DNA from: an uncultured delta proteobacterium
Lineage (GTDB): Bacteria; Myxococcota_A; Polyangia; Haliangiales; Haliangiaceae
DNA: 64,000 bases
Reading direction: 5' to 3'
Assembly (NCBI GenBank): GCA_963743525.1
Contig: CAVUQH010000005.1
Location: 1 to 64,000 of the forward strand
Shown here: positions 9,072 to 22,403 of the stretch, piece by piece
How the letters are laid out: each line of letters starts with the position of its first letter
How positions within the stretch are numbered: position 1 is the stretch's first letter
Program-made: the position numbers and the translations under genes
Notes under the pieces: model-generated
Seen by the model: the letters and a program-made list of their open reading frames with translations, nothing else
Told to the model about the DNA's origin: nothing
The model's database searches: none

Positions 9072-9344
9072 ATGCGGGGGATGTGGATTGCGGTGTTCGT
9101 CGGGGTGTTGGTGCTGGGGTGTCAGGGGGCGAGTGGGCAGGGGGCGGCGGGGCCGGCGCCGGAGCGGGAGGTCTCGGGGTGTGGCTGCTGCTACTGGGGG
9201 AGCAGCGGGACGCCGCCGGACAAGAGTGAGCCGCAGGAGCCCGCGCCGTTGCCGGATTCGTGTCGGTGCGATGGTGACGCGGCGGCGGAGCGGGCCTGGT
9301 GCGCGCCGACGTGGTGCGAGGAGCATTGTCCGGAACCGATGTGA
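9072..9344 (+). CDS. Small Cys-rich putative lipoprotein
   Basis: Signal peptide with lipobox-like VLGC; several Cys in the mature part. Confidence 0.5.
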   Translation: MRGMWIAVFVGVLVLGCQGASGQGAAGPAPEREVSGCGCCYWGSSGTPPDKSEPQEPAPLPDSCRCDGDAAAERAWCAPTWCEEHCPEPM

Positions 9345-9364
9345 CCGGCGATGCGGATGCGCCG

Positions 9365-9865
9365 ATGGTGATCGCGGCGGTCGATGTCGACTATCGCGAC
9401 GATGGGGCGGTTGCGGCGGCGGTTTGGTTCGATCGGTGGGACGCGGAGGCGCCGTTGACGGAACGCGTGGTTCGGGTCGGTGCGGTTGCGGACTATCGGC
9501 CGGGGCGGTTCTTCGAGCGTGAGTTGCCGGCGGTGCTCGCGGTGCTCGCGGGAACGACGAGCGATGTGGTGATCGTCGATGGCTATGTTTGGTTGGGGCC
9601 GGCCGGAGAGCGGCCGGGGTTGGGGGCGCACCTGCACGCGGCGTTCGACGAGGGATCGGCTCCGGCGGTGATCGGGGTGGCGAAGAATCGGTTTGCGGGG
9701 GCGGAGTCGGTGGAGGTGTTGCGAGGTGGGAGTGCGCGACCGCTGTACGTCACGGCGGTTGGGATCGGCCAGAACGAGGCGGCAGAGGCGGTTCGTGGGA
9801 TGCACGGGGCGCATCGGATTCCGACGCTGTTGGCGCGGGTCGATCGGCTGTCTCGGCAACGGTGA
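9365..9865 (+). CDS. nfi: Endonuclease V (short form)
   Basis: AVDVDY, YRPGRFFERELP, IVDGY, GLGAH, IGVAK, RIPTLL. Confidence 0.88.
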   Translation: MVIAAVDVDYRDDGAVAAAVWFDRWDAEAPLTERVVRVGAVADYRPGRFFERELPAVLAVLAGTTSDVVIVDGYVWLGPAGERPGLGAHLHAAFDEGSAPAVIGVAKNRFAGAESVEVLRGGSARPLYVTAVGIGQNEAAEAVRGMHGAHRIPTLLARVDRLSRQR

Positions 9866-9963
9866 CGACGAGTACGTTTGCGTGGTGTCCGGACTCTTTC
9901 GGCGGCGCAACAACGGCGCCGCGTGGGGTCGAGGCACGGGTGCGCGGGTGTTACCATCGAGTC

Positions 9964-10923
9964 GTGCGATCAGTCGGGTGCGCACGGTGTGGGGGGCCTG
10001 CGAATCCTGCGCTGGATGTGGTGCGGGTGATTGGCGGTCGTGCGCGCGCGATCTGTCGCGACTGCGTGACCGGACAGACGAGCAGCGCTTCGTTCGACTT
10101 CGAAGATCGCACGCCGGTGCCGGTGGTGATCGACGCGCAGCCTCGACGCGAGCGGCGCGGTGGCCGGGCGCAGATGACGTTGACGGTCGTTCTGGCGGCG
10201 GCGGTGGGGACCGGGTTGGCGGTGGTGGCGCCGTGGGCCAAGGAAGCGCCGGCAGCGAGCGTGGTGCGGGCGGCGCCGGGACGGGCGGCCGCGGCGCCGG
10301 TGCGCGCGACGAGCGTGTCTCCGCCGACGGTGGAGGACGATGCGACCGAGACGGAGGATCTGGGAGCCGGGTTCGTGATCGGGCGCAAGGCGTCGGACAC
10401 GATCGCGCCGGTTAACCCGGAGGTCGCCGAGCTCGAGGATCAGTTTCCGTCGCTGTCGGATTGGGTGCACCCGGTGCTGGGTGAGAAGTATTTGCTGCCG
10501 GTGCGGGGGTCGCGGCGGTTCGGCGCGGCACGTCCGGGCGAGCGGCCGGCCGAATGCGGCGGTGGGCACTGCGGCGTGGATCTGTCGGGCGAGCGCGGGA
10601 CGCCGGTGGTCGCGGTGGCGTTCGGCACGGTGACGCGGGTGCAGAGCGATCCCAATCGGCGCAGCGGCAAGTACGTGCGTATCCAGCACCCGGAGGGACA
10701 GGAGACGTTCTACATGCATCTGGACGAAATCGATCCGGCGATGCATCGCGGCGTCGAGGTCGAGCCGGGGCAGCAGGTGGGTGTTCTCGGCATGACCGGG
10801 ATCCATCACTCGGAGGCGCATCTCCACTTCGGGCTGGCGATTCCCGAGGGCGACCACATGCGCTGGATCGACCCGGTGCCGTTCCTCGAGCACGCGTCGG
10901 TAATCACCGAGCCGGCGCGCTAG
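9964..10923 (+). CDS. Membrane-anchored M23 metallopeptidase with N-terminal CxxC..CxxC; start uncertain
   Basis: HCGVD, YMHL and HLHF motifs; one TM helix. Confidence 0.85.
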   Translation: MRSVGCARCGGPANPALDVVRVIGGRARAICRDCVTGQTSSASFDFEDRTPVPVVIDAQPRRERRGGRAQMTLTVVLAAAVGTGLAVVAPWAKEAPAASVVRAAPGRAAAAPVRATSVSPPTVEDDATETEDLGAGFVIGRKASDTIAPVNPEVAELEDQFPSLSDWVHPVLGEKYLLPVRGSRRFGAARPGERPAECGGGHCGVDLSGERGTPVVAVAFGTVTRVQSDPNRRSGKYVRIQHPEGQETFYMHLDEIDPAMHRGVEVEPGQQVGVLGMTGIHHSEAHLHFGLAIPEGDHMRWIDPVPFLEHASVITEPAR

Positions 10924-10980
10924 GCCCAGTTCGAGCCGATGGTTGGAGGGGCGGGGGATCTCGCTCATACTGACCGGTAG

Positions 10981-12235
10981 GTGGGATCGGGCAGTCGACA
11001 GAGCGACGGGCGGCGCTGGCTGGCGGTGGCCGGCGCGGCGCTGGGGCTGCATCTGCTGCTCTTGCCGTTGCTCGGGTTGCGGGTCGAGGTGTTCAAGGCG
11101 GCAACGGCGCCGCCGGTCGAGCCGGGGGCGGCGCCGGCGGAGCCGATCGCGGTGGCGCCGGTGGTTTTGATCGACGGGCCGGGGCCGGGCGATCCGCTGC
11201 TGCCGCTGCCGGGTGTCGGTGATCGGGCGGCGGGGGCGGCGCATCCGTTGCCCAACGCGGCGGTCGACTTGCCGGGTACGCGGGCCGCGGCGGCGGGCGG
11301 CGAGGGCACGGGCGGGCCGGCGATGCTGGGCGAGCACCGCTATCGCGAGAGCGCCAAGCAGGAGGTGTGGACCGGGCAGTCGGCGTATCGGCGGCCGCAC
11401 CACGGTGATGGCAACCGGTCGGCCAGTGATCAATGGATCGCGCGCGAGCAGCGGCGCGGGTTCGACGACCGCACGTCGGAGCGGCGGCGGCGGGCCCAGG
11501 CGGGCTCCGAGGCGGGCAGCGACGGCGTCGACGACGGCGCGGGTGCGCTGGCCGTCGGCGCGCGCACCGAGACGGCGCCGGATCTGCGCGACCCGCTGCT
11601 CGAGCCGGGGGCGCGGCGGCGGGTGCCGGTCGCGGCGGACGGCCGGGTCGGTGCGGCCGGGCAGCCGCGCGCTCACCAGTGAGGGCGAGCCGGCGGTCGA
11701 CGCGCGACACCACGGGGCGACCGGCGACGACGTGCGGGTGGCGGCGGCCAGCGACGAGACCCATCCGCTGCCCATCGATTTGGCGTCGCCGCAGGCGGGT
11801 GGGCGCGACCGGGGCGTGCGCGGTGCGCGCGACACGCTGGGGGATGCGCCGGGACGGCGGGCCGGGTCGGGCAACGGCGCCACGCGTGCGGACGTGCCGG
11901 CCGGTCCCGGAGGTGTGTCGGTGTGGGCGTCTCGCGGCAATCCGTACTTCCGCCGCATGTACGAGCGGGTTGACGGCGCGGTGAAGTTCCCCCGCGACCT
12001 GGCACTGCGGCTGGAGCAGGGGCACCTGGTGGTCCGGTTCGAGCTGCGCGCCGACGGTCGGGTGGTCGGGCTGCGGGTCACGCGACCCAGCGGTTTCCCC
12101 GCGTTCGACCGCGAGCTGATGCGCGCCATCGGGGCCGCGGGGCCGTTTGGCCCGGTTCCCGAGCAGCTGCTCGCCAGGCGGAAATCGATCGTCGTGGTCG
12201 CGCCGTACACGTTCAAGAATCCGCTGATCCGATGA
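10981..12235 (+). CDS. TonB C-terminal domain protein (frameshift near 11600-11670)
   Basis: N-terminal anchor AALGLHLLLL; C-terminal QGHLVVRFELRADG..RPSGFPAFD..AGPFGPVP lies in the +1 frame. Confidence 0.7.
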
Positions 12236-12359
12236 TCCGGACAGGCGCTGTAAACCCGCTGACTTGCACGAAACCGACTGCCTCGACGGCGTCGCCGCCG
12301 TATAATTGTCGGCACGTCGCCTGCGGGCGATCGGCCCGCCGGAGCAAGGTAAAGGAGTC

Positions 12360-13794
12360 GTGACGCCGCGCCGTAACGCCAACCCAGGGATCCTGGTCGC
12401 CGTGGCGGTGGCCTCCCTCGCTGTGCACGCAGTCATCATCGTGGTGCTGCAGGTGCGCGTCGGCCCGGGCCCGATTGACGTCAGCCACACCGACGCGGCC
12501 AAGAAGAAGGCGGCCGAGCTGGTGGCCCCGCCCGAGGCCGAGCCGAGCTGCACCACCAACGCGCTGCTCGGCGCGGCCGCGCGGACCCTCTACTGCGCGA
12601 CGCCGATGGCCGGCGGCGACTGCGTCGACGAGCTGCCCGCCGACTACCTGTCCAAGCGCAACGAGTGCAGCCTGGTGGTGCTGGACAACGACCTGCCGCC
12701 GCTGCCCGACAGCGCGCCGCCGGTGCGCATCGCGCTGCTCGACGACGCGGCGCTGGCCAAGCTGCAGCCGCTCGACGTGATGCCACTCCTCGATCCCAAG
12801 AAGGAACAGAAGGTCAAGGAGAAGCAGAAGGAGGAGCTGGCGCAAAAGGTCGAGCAGGCGCGCCGCCGGGTCGAGGCGCGCAGCGGGCAGGTCGTCGAGG
12901 TCACCCGGCCCAAGCTGGAGATGGTGCCCGACCACGCCCGCTACGTCTCCGAGTACGACAGCTCGGTCCAGCGACAGACGGTGGCGCGCGGGTTGACCGA
13001 GAAGATGGTCGAGCGCCCGGGGCAACGGGATCTACCGGTGACGCCGCAGCCGCTCGACTCGCCCGAGGTGGCCAAGAGCCGGCCGCCGTCGTCGGACACC
13101 ATCAACCCGCTGGGCACCGGCGCGCTGTCGATGCGCCGGCCGGGTGCGCCGCAGGAGGTTCCTCACCAGGAGACGCCCGGGCCGCGTCGCGGCTCGATCG
13201 ATCCGATCGCCGCCAACGGGCTGGCGCCGCACCGCGGTTCCGGTGATCAGATGCGGCGGATGACCACGCAGCAGCCGGCGGGACAGAACGGCGAGGGTGG
13301 TCAGATCGGTCGGCCCAAGGTGCCGGACCTGAAGCCGTCCAAGGAATTTCTCAGTCGCCTGGCCGGCGGCGGCTCGGTTCGACCGGCTCGACGGCGTGGC
13401 CGACGGCGAGAACACGGCGCTCAACACCAGGCGCTGGAAGTACGCCAGCTTCTTCAACCGGATGAAGCGGCAGGTGGCGCAGAACTGGCACCCGGCCGAG
13501 GTGTGGATGCAGCGCGACCCGTACGGCAACGTATACGGCGACAAGGACCGGACCACGGTGGTCCGCGTGGCGCTGCGCCAGGACGGGTCGTTGGCCGGTA
13601 TCTATATCGAGCACGGCTCGGGCGTCGACTTCCTCGACGAGGAGGCGGTGCGCGCCTTCCGCGTGGCGCAGCCGTTCCCCAACCCGCCGAGCGGTCTGCG
13701 CGACCCGGACTCGGACATCATCACCTTCAGCTTCGGCTTCCGCTTCGAGATCGGCGCGCCGAGCAGCAGCTGGCGAATCTTCCGCTACGAGTAG
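12360..13794 (+). CDS. TonB family protein (frameshift at ~13378)
   Basis: GGAG RBS + GTG; anchor SLAVH; C-terminal YASFFNRMKRQVAQNW..SGVDFLDEEAVRAF..AQPFPNPP. An extra T in GGCTCGGTTCGAC explains the shift. Confidence 0.8.
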
Positions 13795-13797
13795 GCG

Positions 13798-14193
13798 CTA
13801 TTCCTGCTCGGCGACGAAGGCGCGGTAGGCGGCGACGTCCATCAGCCCGTCGAGCTGCGACGCGTTGGTGATTTCGATCTCGACCATCCAGCCCTCGTCG
13901 TAGGGCGCCTCGTTGACGTACTCGGGTGAGTCGTTGAGCGGCGAGTTGACCCGGGCGACCTTGCCGTCCACCGGGGCGAACAGGTCCGAGACCGCCTTGA
14001 CGCTCTCGACCGTGCCGAAGACCTGGTCCTTCTCGATGCTGTCGCCTTCGTCGGGCAGCTCGAGCATGGTCACGTCACCGAGCTGCTCGACCGCAAACGC
14101 GGTGATGCCGATGGTGCCGGTCTTCTTGTCGTCCGAGAGGCGGAGCCACTCGTGCTCCTTGGTGTAGAGCAGGTTGTCGGGATAGTCAGCCAT
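13798..14193 (-). CDS. gcvH: Glycine cleavage system H protein
   Basis: YTKEHEW, lipoyl site [15 protein letters not shown]. Confidence 0.96.
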   Translation of the reverse strand: MADYPDNLLYTKEHEWLRLSDDKKTGTIGITAFAVEQLGDVTMLELPDEGDSIEKDQVFGTVESVKAVSDLFAPVDGKVARVNSPLNDSPEYVNEAPYDEGWMVEIEITNASQLDGLMDVAAYRAFVAEQE

Positions 14194-14210
14194 CGTCGTT
14201 CACCCTTGGG

Positions 14211-15311
<1,101 letters not shown>

Positions 15312-15348
15312 CCTAGACGAAACCGGCGGCTCCCGGCTACCGGGCGGG

Positions 15349-16377
15349 TCACTCCAGGGTGACGTGATCCCGGGTCACCGCCGGATCGCGGGTCCGGCCG
15401 CCGACCTCGAAGTGCCCGGTTCGCGGCGCCAAAAGGTGCGCGCGCTCCCGCCAGCGGCCCAGCCCGGCCCGCTCGTAGACGGTCAGGCGCAGGTCGGCGA
15501 TCTCGGTGTTGGCGCAGTAGGCCGGCTCGCCGTCGGGGTCGTGGTAGGTGGCCAGGACCATGTCGTCGGGCCGGCAGCTGAAGTCGCCCTCCAGGCGCAC
15601 GCGGGCGTTGCGGGCGTGGAAGCGGTAGACGCCGGTGCCGAACTCACCGCCGGTGAGCAGCACGTGGCGGAAGTCAGTGAAGCGGTGGACCTTGCCGTTG
15701 AGGTACAGCGCCAGGATGGTCAGCGGCGGCAGCACCCGACCTCGCCGCTTCAGCCGCACGGTCAGGGTTTCGAACGCTGCGCCCGGCTGTCCCTCGAAGT
15801 CGTTGCAGTGTCCCCACGCCCAGGCGTGGGCGTGCTTGCGCCCCCAAAGGTGGGTCTGCCCGCCGCGCTCGCCGTCCAGATCCAGACGGCGGCCGTCGAC
15901 CTCGATGCTGCCGTGGATGCCGACGTCGAGGTTGGGCGACAGCACCGTGGTGTCGCCGACGCCGCCGCGGCGGTACATGACCCGCGGCAGGTGGTAGTGG
16001 ACCCGGTCGGCCGGATCCCAGCGCAGCTCCCAGCGCGCGCTGTGGCCGGCGCCCTCGATCGCCCCGGATGCAGCGCCGTTCTCCAGTCGCGCGTCGCCGA
16101 TGGTGACGGCGAACGGATCGGTGCGGGCGTCCATGGCCGCGATCGGCAGCTTGCGGTTGATGGCAAAGGTGCGCGCCGGATCGCGGGCGTCGAAGCAGGC
16201 GAACCACAGCTGTGCGTACGGCTCGCCGACACCCTGGCGCGGCGCCTCGAGGGTGTAGCGGATCCAGAAGCCGGTGCCGGACGCGCGGTGGTTGAGGGTG
16301 AGGTACCAGACCTCGTAATGGCCGCGCCTGGCGCCGTCCCACACCCGCGCGTTGGCCGCTTCGGAGGCGCTGGACAT
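15349..16377 (-). CDS. Tocopherol cyclase / AttH-like beta-fold hypothetical protein
   Basis: [30 protein letters not shown] pattern. Confidence 0.55.
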   Translation of the reverse strand: MSSASEAANARVWDGARRGHYEVWYLTLNHRASGTGFWIRYTLEAPRQGVGEPYAQLWFACFDARDPARTFAINRKLPIAAMDARTDPFAVTIGDARLENGAASGAIEGAGHSARWELRWDPADRVHYHLPRVMYRRGGVGDTTVLSPNLDVGIHGSIEVDGRRLDLDGERGGQTHLWGRKHAHAWAWGHCNDFEGQPGAAFETLTVRLKRRGRVLPPLTILALYLNGKVHRFTDFRHVLLTGGEFGTGVYRFHARNARVRLEGDFSCRPDDMVLATYHDPDGEPAYCANTEIADLRLTVYERAGLGRWRERAHLLAPRTGHFEVGGRTRDPAVTRDHVTLE

Positions 16378-16386
16378 GGGTGAAGT

Positions 16387-17220
16387 CTAGCGCAGTCTGT
16401 CGGGCCCGGTCCCGCGGCCGGGCAAGGTGCGGCCGGGACTGCCGGCCAGCCGGGCAGCGACCGCGCCGTTCATCCGCCGTGGGGCCAGACGGGTGAGCCA
16501 GGCGGCGAGCTTGTTCATCCCGCCGGTGACGACCGACCGGCGCCCGCGCAGCATCGCCTTGAGGCCGATGGCCGCGACCTTGTCGGCCGGCAGCATCGAC
16601 GCCCGGGCCAGCCGCCCCAGGGTTTGCTGGGAGGTGTCGAAGAACTCGGTCCAGGTGCCGCCGGGGCAGAGACAGGTCACCGACACGTGGGTGCGGGCCA
16701 GCTCGTGGGCCAGAGCCTCGGAGAAGGCGAGCACGTAATGCTTGGTGGCCGCGTAGTTGGCGAAGTAGGGGACCGGCTGGAACGACGCGGTCGAGGCGAC
16801 GTTGAGCAGGTAGGCGCGGCGGTCGCGGTCGAGCGCGGCGGTGACGAAGCGATGGGACAGCTCGGTCACCGCCAGGACGTTGAGCCGGACCATCTCCTGG
16901 TTGCGCTGCAGCGGAACGTCGCTAAACAACTGGAAGATGCCGAAGCCGGCGTTGTTGACGCAGACGTCGATCGGTCCGGCAGCGGTGGCCGCCTGCCACA
17001 GCTGGTCGGTGGCCCCGTCGCGGGCCAGGTTGACGTTGACGCAGGTGACGGTCACGCCGTGCGCGGTCTCGAGCTCGCCGCGCAGCTCGTCCAGACGGTC
17101 GCGCCGGCGGGCGGCGATCACCAGGTCTGCGCCCATTGCCGCCAGCTGTCGGGCCAGCTCGCGACCGATGCCGCTGGAGGCGCCGGTGACCAGCGCGCGG
17201 TGTCCGCGAAGATCGCGCAT
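16387..17220 (-). CDS. Short-chain dehydrogenase/reductase
   Basis: TGASSGIG, NNAG, YAATK. Confidence 0.93.
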   Translation of the reverse strand: MRDLRGHRALVTGASSGIGRELARQLAAMGADLVIAARRRDRLDELRGELETAHGVTVTCVNVNLARDGATDQLWQAATAAGPIDVCVNNAGFGIFQLFSDVPLQRNQEMVRLNVLAVTELSHRFVTAALDRDRRAYLLNVASTASFQPVPYFANYAATKHYVLAFSEALAHELARTHVSVTCLCPGGTWTEFFDTSQQTLGRLARASMLPADKVAAIGLKAMLRGRRSVVTGGMNKLAAWLTRLAPRRMNGAVAARLAGSPGRTLPGRGTGPDRLR

Positions 17221-17249
17221 GTCCCAAACTTAGGCCATCGCCCCCGAGT

Positions 17250-18365
17250 TTGATAGGATCTGCGAGAGTGGCCGACGGTCCCCGCGAAAAGAAGCTGTTC
17301 GTAGAGGTCGGTGCCACGGGTCGGCTCAAACCGGGAGACCCGGCGTCCGCCCGACTGTCCGAGGTGCCGGGGCTGTGGAAGCTGGTGCCCGAGATCGGCC
17401 GGCTGATGCTGCTCGAGCGGGTGGTGGACAACCGCGATCACTCGCGCATCAGCCGCGACCGCGAGGTGGCGCTGGCCGGGGTGTTCGACAACGGCGCCCA
17501 GCTGGCCGGCGTGCTCGACTACGTGCACATGGCGCGGCTGGACGGCTGCATGCAGATCGACTCCGGCGAGGTCAAGGCGACGCTGTATCTGCGCCGCGGC
17601 GTCTACCTGTCGGGGCGGACCAATCTGCGCGGCGACCGGCTGGGCGCGGTGCTGGTGCGGGCGGGCATGATCACGTCGGCGCAGCTCGAGGAGCTGGTCG
17701 AGGATCTCGGCGACGGCGCGCGCCTGGGCAACATGCTGGTCACCCGCGGCCTGCTCACCACCGCGCAGGTCTACGAGGGGCTGCGCCGCCAGGCCGAGGA
17801 CATCTTCTATTCGGTGCTGCGCCTGGACCACGGCAGCTACTACATGACGGCGCCGCTCGACATGACCGAGGTGCCGGCGATGCTGCGGCTCGACCTCAAG
17901 GGGTTGCTCATGGAAGGTGTGCGGCGGCTCGACGAGGCCGGCCCGTCGGGCGCCGACCACGAGCTGCGCCAGCGCAAGCCGATTCCCGGCGACCGGCTGC
18001 CCGCCGACGCCGCCGAGCGGATCTTCGACACCTACAACGAGGCGCTGCGCAAGCTGTTCTCGTCGCTCGATCCGCGCAGCAGCGCCTCGCTGCGCAGCGA
18101 GCTGACCGGGTTCATCGAGAACAACGAGGCCTACGGCGAGCTGTTCGCCAACGTCGAGGTGATGGGCGACGGCTCGCTGGGCATCGAGGTGCTGGAGAAC
18201 CTGCACGTACTGCGTGGCGATCGCCTGGCGATGCTGCAACTGGGGCTCAACGAGATGCTCTTCTTCCTCATGTTCGCCGCCGGCGACGCCCTGGATCCCA
18301 AGGTGGAGCAGGTGCTGCAGTGGCGCGTCGCCGAGGTTCTGGAAGGGCTTCCGGGGGCCAGCTGA
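17250..18365 (+). CDS. DUF4388 (PATAN-like) domain protein
   Basis: [32 protein letters not shown], typical of myxobacterial DUF4388; start uncertain. Confidence 0.72.
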   Translation: MIGSARVADGPREKKLFVEVGATGRLKPGDPASARLSEVPGLWKLVPEIGRLMLLERVVDNRDHSRISRDREVALAGVFDNGAQLAGVLDYVHMARLDGCMQIDSGEVKATLYLRRGVYLSGRTNLRGDRLGAVLVRAGMITSAQLEELVEDLGDGARLGNMLVTRGLLTTAQVYEGLRRQAEDIFYSVLRLDHGSYYMTAPLDMTEVPAMLRLDLKGLLMEGVRRLDEAGPSGADHELRQRKPIPGDRLPADAAERIFDTYNEALRKLFSSLDPRSSASLRSELTGFIENNEAYGELFANVEVMGDGSLGIEVLENLHVLRGDRLAMLQLGLNEMLFFLMFAAGDALDPKVEQVLQWRVAEVLEGLPGAS

Positions 18366-19024
18366 TGGGCGAGCGACGCGTCGTCGGCGTCGACATCGAG
18401 TCGGACGAGATCGTCGGCACCGGCGGCTTCCTGGCCATCCGGAGGCTGAGGCTGCGCAATCGCTACGAAGACGGCGGGCTGTCGGAGCGCTACGTCTGCG
18501 ACTTCGTCCACCGCGACGTCGGCGTCGACGCCGTGGTCGTGGTGGTCTGGACCCGGCGCGGCGACGGCGGCGTCGACGTGCTCATTCGCGATGGTCTGCG
18601 CCCGTCACTGGCGGTCGGCCGCGACGGCGCGCCGGTGCCGGACGGCCGGTCGTACCTGTTCATCTCCGAGGTGGTCGCCGGCATCATCGAGCGCGACGAC
18701 GTCGGCCTGGACGGCATCCATCGGCGCGCGGCCGCCGAGGTGCTGGAGGAGGCCGGCTTCGAGGTAGCTGCGGACGCGGTCGAGTTGCTGGGCGCCGCGG
18801 CGTTTCCCTCGCCGGGAGCGTTCACCGAGAAGTTCTGGCTGGCCGCGGTCGAGGTCGATCCGTCCACGCGGGTGGAGCCAGAGGGGGACGGCTCGCCGAT
18901 GGAGGAGGGCGCCTCGGTGCGGTGGCTCGACCTCGACACCGCGATCGCGGCCGGAGTGGCGGGCGAGCTCGAGGACATGAAGACCGAGCTGGCGTTGCGC
19001 CGCCTGCGCGACCGCCTGGGCTAG
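18365..19024 (+). CDS. NUDIX hydrolase (ADP-ribose pyrophosphatase-like)
   Basis: [16 protein letters not shown]udix box, SPG, DMKT. Confidence 0.85.
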   Translation: MGERRVVGVDIESDEIVGTGGFLAIRRLRLRNRYEDGGLSERYVCDFVHRDVGVDAVVVVVWTRRGDGGVDVLIRDGLRPSLAVGRDGAPVPDGRSYLFISEVVAGIIERDDVGLDGIHRRAAAEVLEEAGFEVAADAVELLGAAAFPSPGAFTEKFWLAAVEVDPSTRVEPEGDGSPMEEGASVRWLDLDTAIAAGVAGELEDMKTELALRRLRDRLG

Positions 19025-19027
19025 CTG

Positions 19028-20431
<1,404 letters not shown>

Positions 20432-20435
20432 CAGC

Positions 20436-21935
20436 TCATGCCCTGGCGGTTTCCTCGGCGACCGGGAGATAGACGTGGAAGACGGTCCCGGGGCCTCGGT
20501 CGGGGTCGTCGATGTCGATCCAGCCATCGTGTTCCTTGACGATGCCATGGCATACGGCGAGACCGAGTCCGGTGCCACCCTCTCCGTCGCGAGAAGTGTA
20601 AAAAGGCTCGAAGATTTTGTCCCGTTTCTCGGCCGGGATGCCGACGCCGGTGTCGGCGACCTCGACGACGACGTATTTCTGTCGCGGCGCTCGTTCGAGC
20701 CCGGGGCGGCGGCGCGACACCTGCGAGGTGGTGACCTTCAGCCGGCCGCCGTTGGGCATCGCCTGAATGGCGTTGAGCACCAGGTTGAGCAGCACCTGCT
20801 GCAGCCGGTCGGCCTCGCCGCGCACCGACGGCAGCGCCTCGGCCCGGTCGAGGGTGGTCTTGATGCCGGCGCCGGCGAACTTGTTCTCGAGGAAATCCAT
20901 CGTGGTCAGGGCCACCTCGTTGATGTTGACGTCGGTGACCTCGGTGGCGCCGATGGTCCGGCGGGTGAAGTCGAGCAGCCGCTGGATGATGCGGGTGATG
21001 CGGTCGGTCTGCTCGGCGATGATGCGGGCGTTCTTCTCGATCGCCTCGGTGTCGCCGGCCTTCTTGCCCAGGGCGCGGGCGCGGCCGGCGATGACGTTGA
21101 GCGGGGTTCCGACCTCGTGGGCGATCTCGGCCGCGATCTGGCCCATGGTCGCCAGCTTCTCGGTCTGCGACAGGCGCTGCTCCAGCCCCAGGCGGGCGCG
21201 GTTCTGCCGTTCGGTTTCGGCGCGGGACTCGCGCAGGGAGCCGGTCATCTCGGTGAAGCGTGCGGCCAGCGTGCCGATCTCGTCGTCGCGCTCGGCCAGC
21301 ACCACGTGGGACAGGTCGCCCTTGGCCACGTCGTCGATGCCGGCGATCAACTTGGTGATCGGTCGGGTGATGACCGTGCGGGTGAGCAGCGCGATGGCCA
21401 GCACGGTGAAACCGATGATGACCGCCAGGAGCAACAGGGTCCTGCGGATGTCCGCGTTCAGGGCCCGGTCGACCGGCCCGGTCGACCGCCGCACTTCGAT
21501 GGCGCCGGCGACGGCGACGCCGTCGGGCGCGGACAGCGACGAGCGCGTGATCGGCAACATGTAGACGAACGAGCCGCTGTCGTGGCCCGAGACCGAGGCC
21601 AGGCGCAGCTCGACGACGTTGCGCAGGCGCTCGTGCCGGGCGCGATCGTCCAGCGTCGGCGGGCTGGCCAGCACCGACTTGGGCAGGAGCGTCACCGTGG
21701 ACGAGCCGGCGGCCCGGGTCAGCTCGGCCGACATCTCCGCCGCGTCCTTCATCACCGCTTCGACGTCACGGGTCTCGAGCGAGGCGCGCAGGGCGCGGGC
21801 CAGCTCGACCGTGCTGTCCTCCAGCGCGTCGCGCCGCTCGGCGGCGGACGTCCGCAGGTCGATAAGGACGTAGACGCCCAGCGTCAGCGCCAGGAGCACC
21901 GACGTCGCGGCGGTGATGCGAGCTCCGACCCTCAT
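20436..21935 (-). CDS. HAMP-domain sensor histidine kinase
   Basis: Two TMs, [30 protein letters not shown]. Confidence 0.94.
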   Translation of the reverse strand: MRVGARITAATSVLLALTLGVYVLIDLRTSAAERRDALEDSTVELARALRASLETRDVEAVMKDAAEMSAELTRAAGSSTVTLLPKSVLASPPTLDDRARHERLRNVVELRLASVSGHDSGSFVYMLPITRSSLSAPDGVAVAGAIEVRRSTGPVDRALNADIRRTLLLLAVIIGFTVLAIALLTRTVITRPITKLIAGIDDVAKGDLSHVVLAERDDEIGTLAARFTEMTGSLRESRAETERQNRARLGLEQRLSQTEKLATMGQIAAEIAHEVGTPLNVIAGRARALGKKAGDTEAIEKNARIIAEQTDRITRIIQRLLDFTRRTIGATEVTDVNINEVALTTMDFLENKFAGAGIKTTLDRAEALPSVRGEADRLQQVLLNLVLNAIQAMPNGGRLKVTTSQVSRRRPGLERAPRQKYVVVEVADTGVGIPAEKRDKIFEPFYTSRDGEGGTGLGLAVCHGIVKEHDGWIDIDDPDRGPGTVFHVYLPVAEETARA

Positions 21936-21965
21936 CGGGGTTGGGTCAGAGTACCCGAGTAGCGG

Positions 21966-22298
21966 CTACGCGTCCGGCCACTCGACAGCGCAGCGAACCA
22001 CGCGATCGAGCTCGCGCACGGGCAGCCGGCTGCCCATCGCTTGGCCGACGATCTCTCCGCCGCGCAGCACCAGCACCGTGGGGCCTGCGTGAATCGGCCG
22101 GCGGTGGGGCAGCGGCACCTCCCCGGGGCGGACGACTTCCAGCCGGACCAGATCGCCGTAATGAGCGGCGATCGACTCCAGTCGCCCGCGAAGCTCCCCC
22201 GTCTCGTCCTCCGGTGCGCACACGAACAGCAGCGTGATCGGGTCGCGGTGCCCGAGCCCCGTGGTCGTGGCGTTCTCGGCGTTGGCTACCAGCGCCAT
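21966..22298 (-). CDS. Thioredoxin-like fold protein without CxxC
   Basis: GGAGG RBS; PTVLVLRGGEIVGQAMG resembles the thioredoxin C-terminus. Confidence 0.5.
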   Translation of the reverse strand: MALVANAENATTTGLGHRDPITLLFVCAPEDETGELRGRLESIAAHYGDLVRLEVVRPGEVPLPHRRPIHAGPTVLVLRGGEIVGQAMGSRLPVRELDRVVRCAVEWPDA

Positions 22299-22367
22299 GT
22301 GGACCTCCCTCCCAGTAGTGACACTAGGTTGCACTACGTGACGCTATGTCGCAAGTTATCGGAATCC

Positions 22368-22398
22368 CGTTGCCCCCGCCGACGCGCGGGCAACGGCG
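22368..22398 (-). terminator. GC-rich hairpin after the ddl-like gene (no clear U tract)
   Basis: CCGTTGCCCC...GGGGCAACGG. Confidence 0.45.
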
Positions 22399-22403
22399 AT
22401 CCG

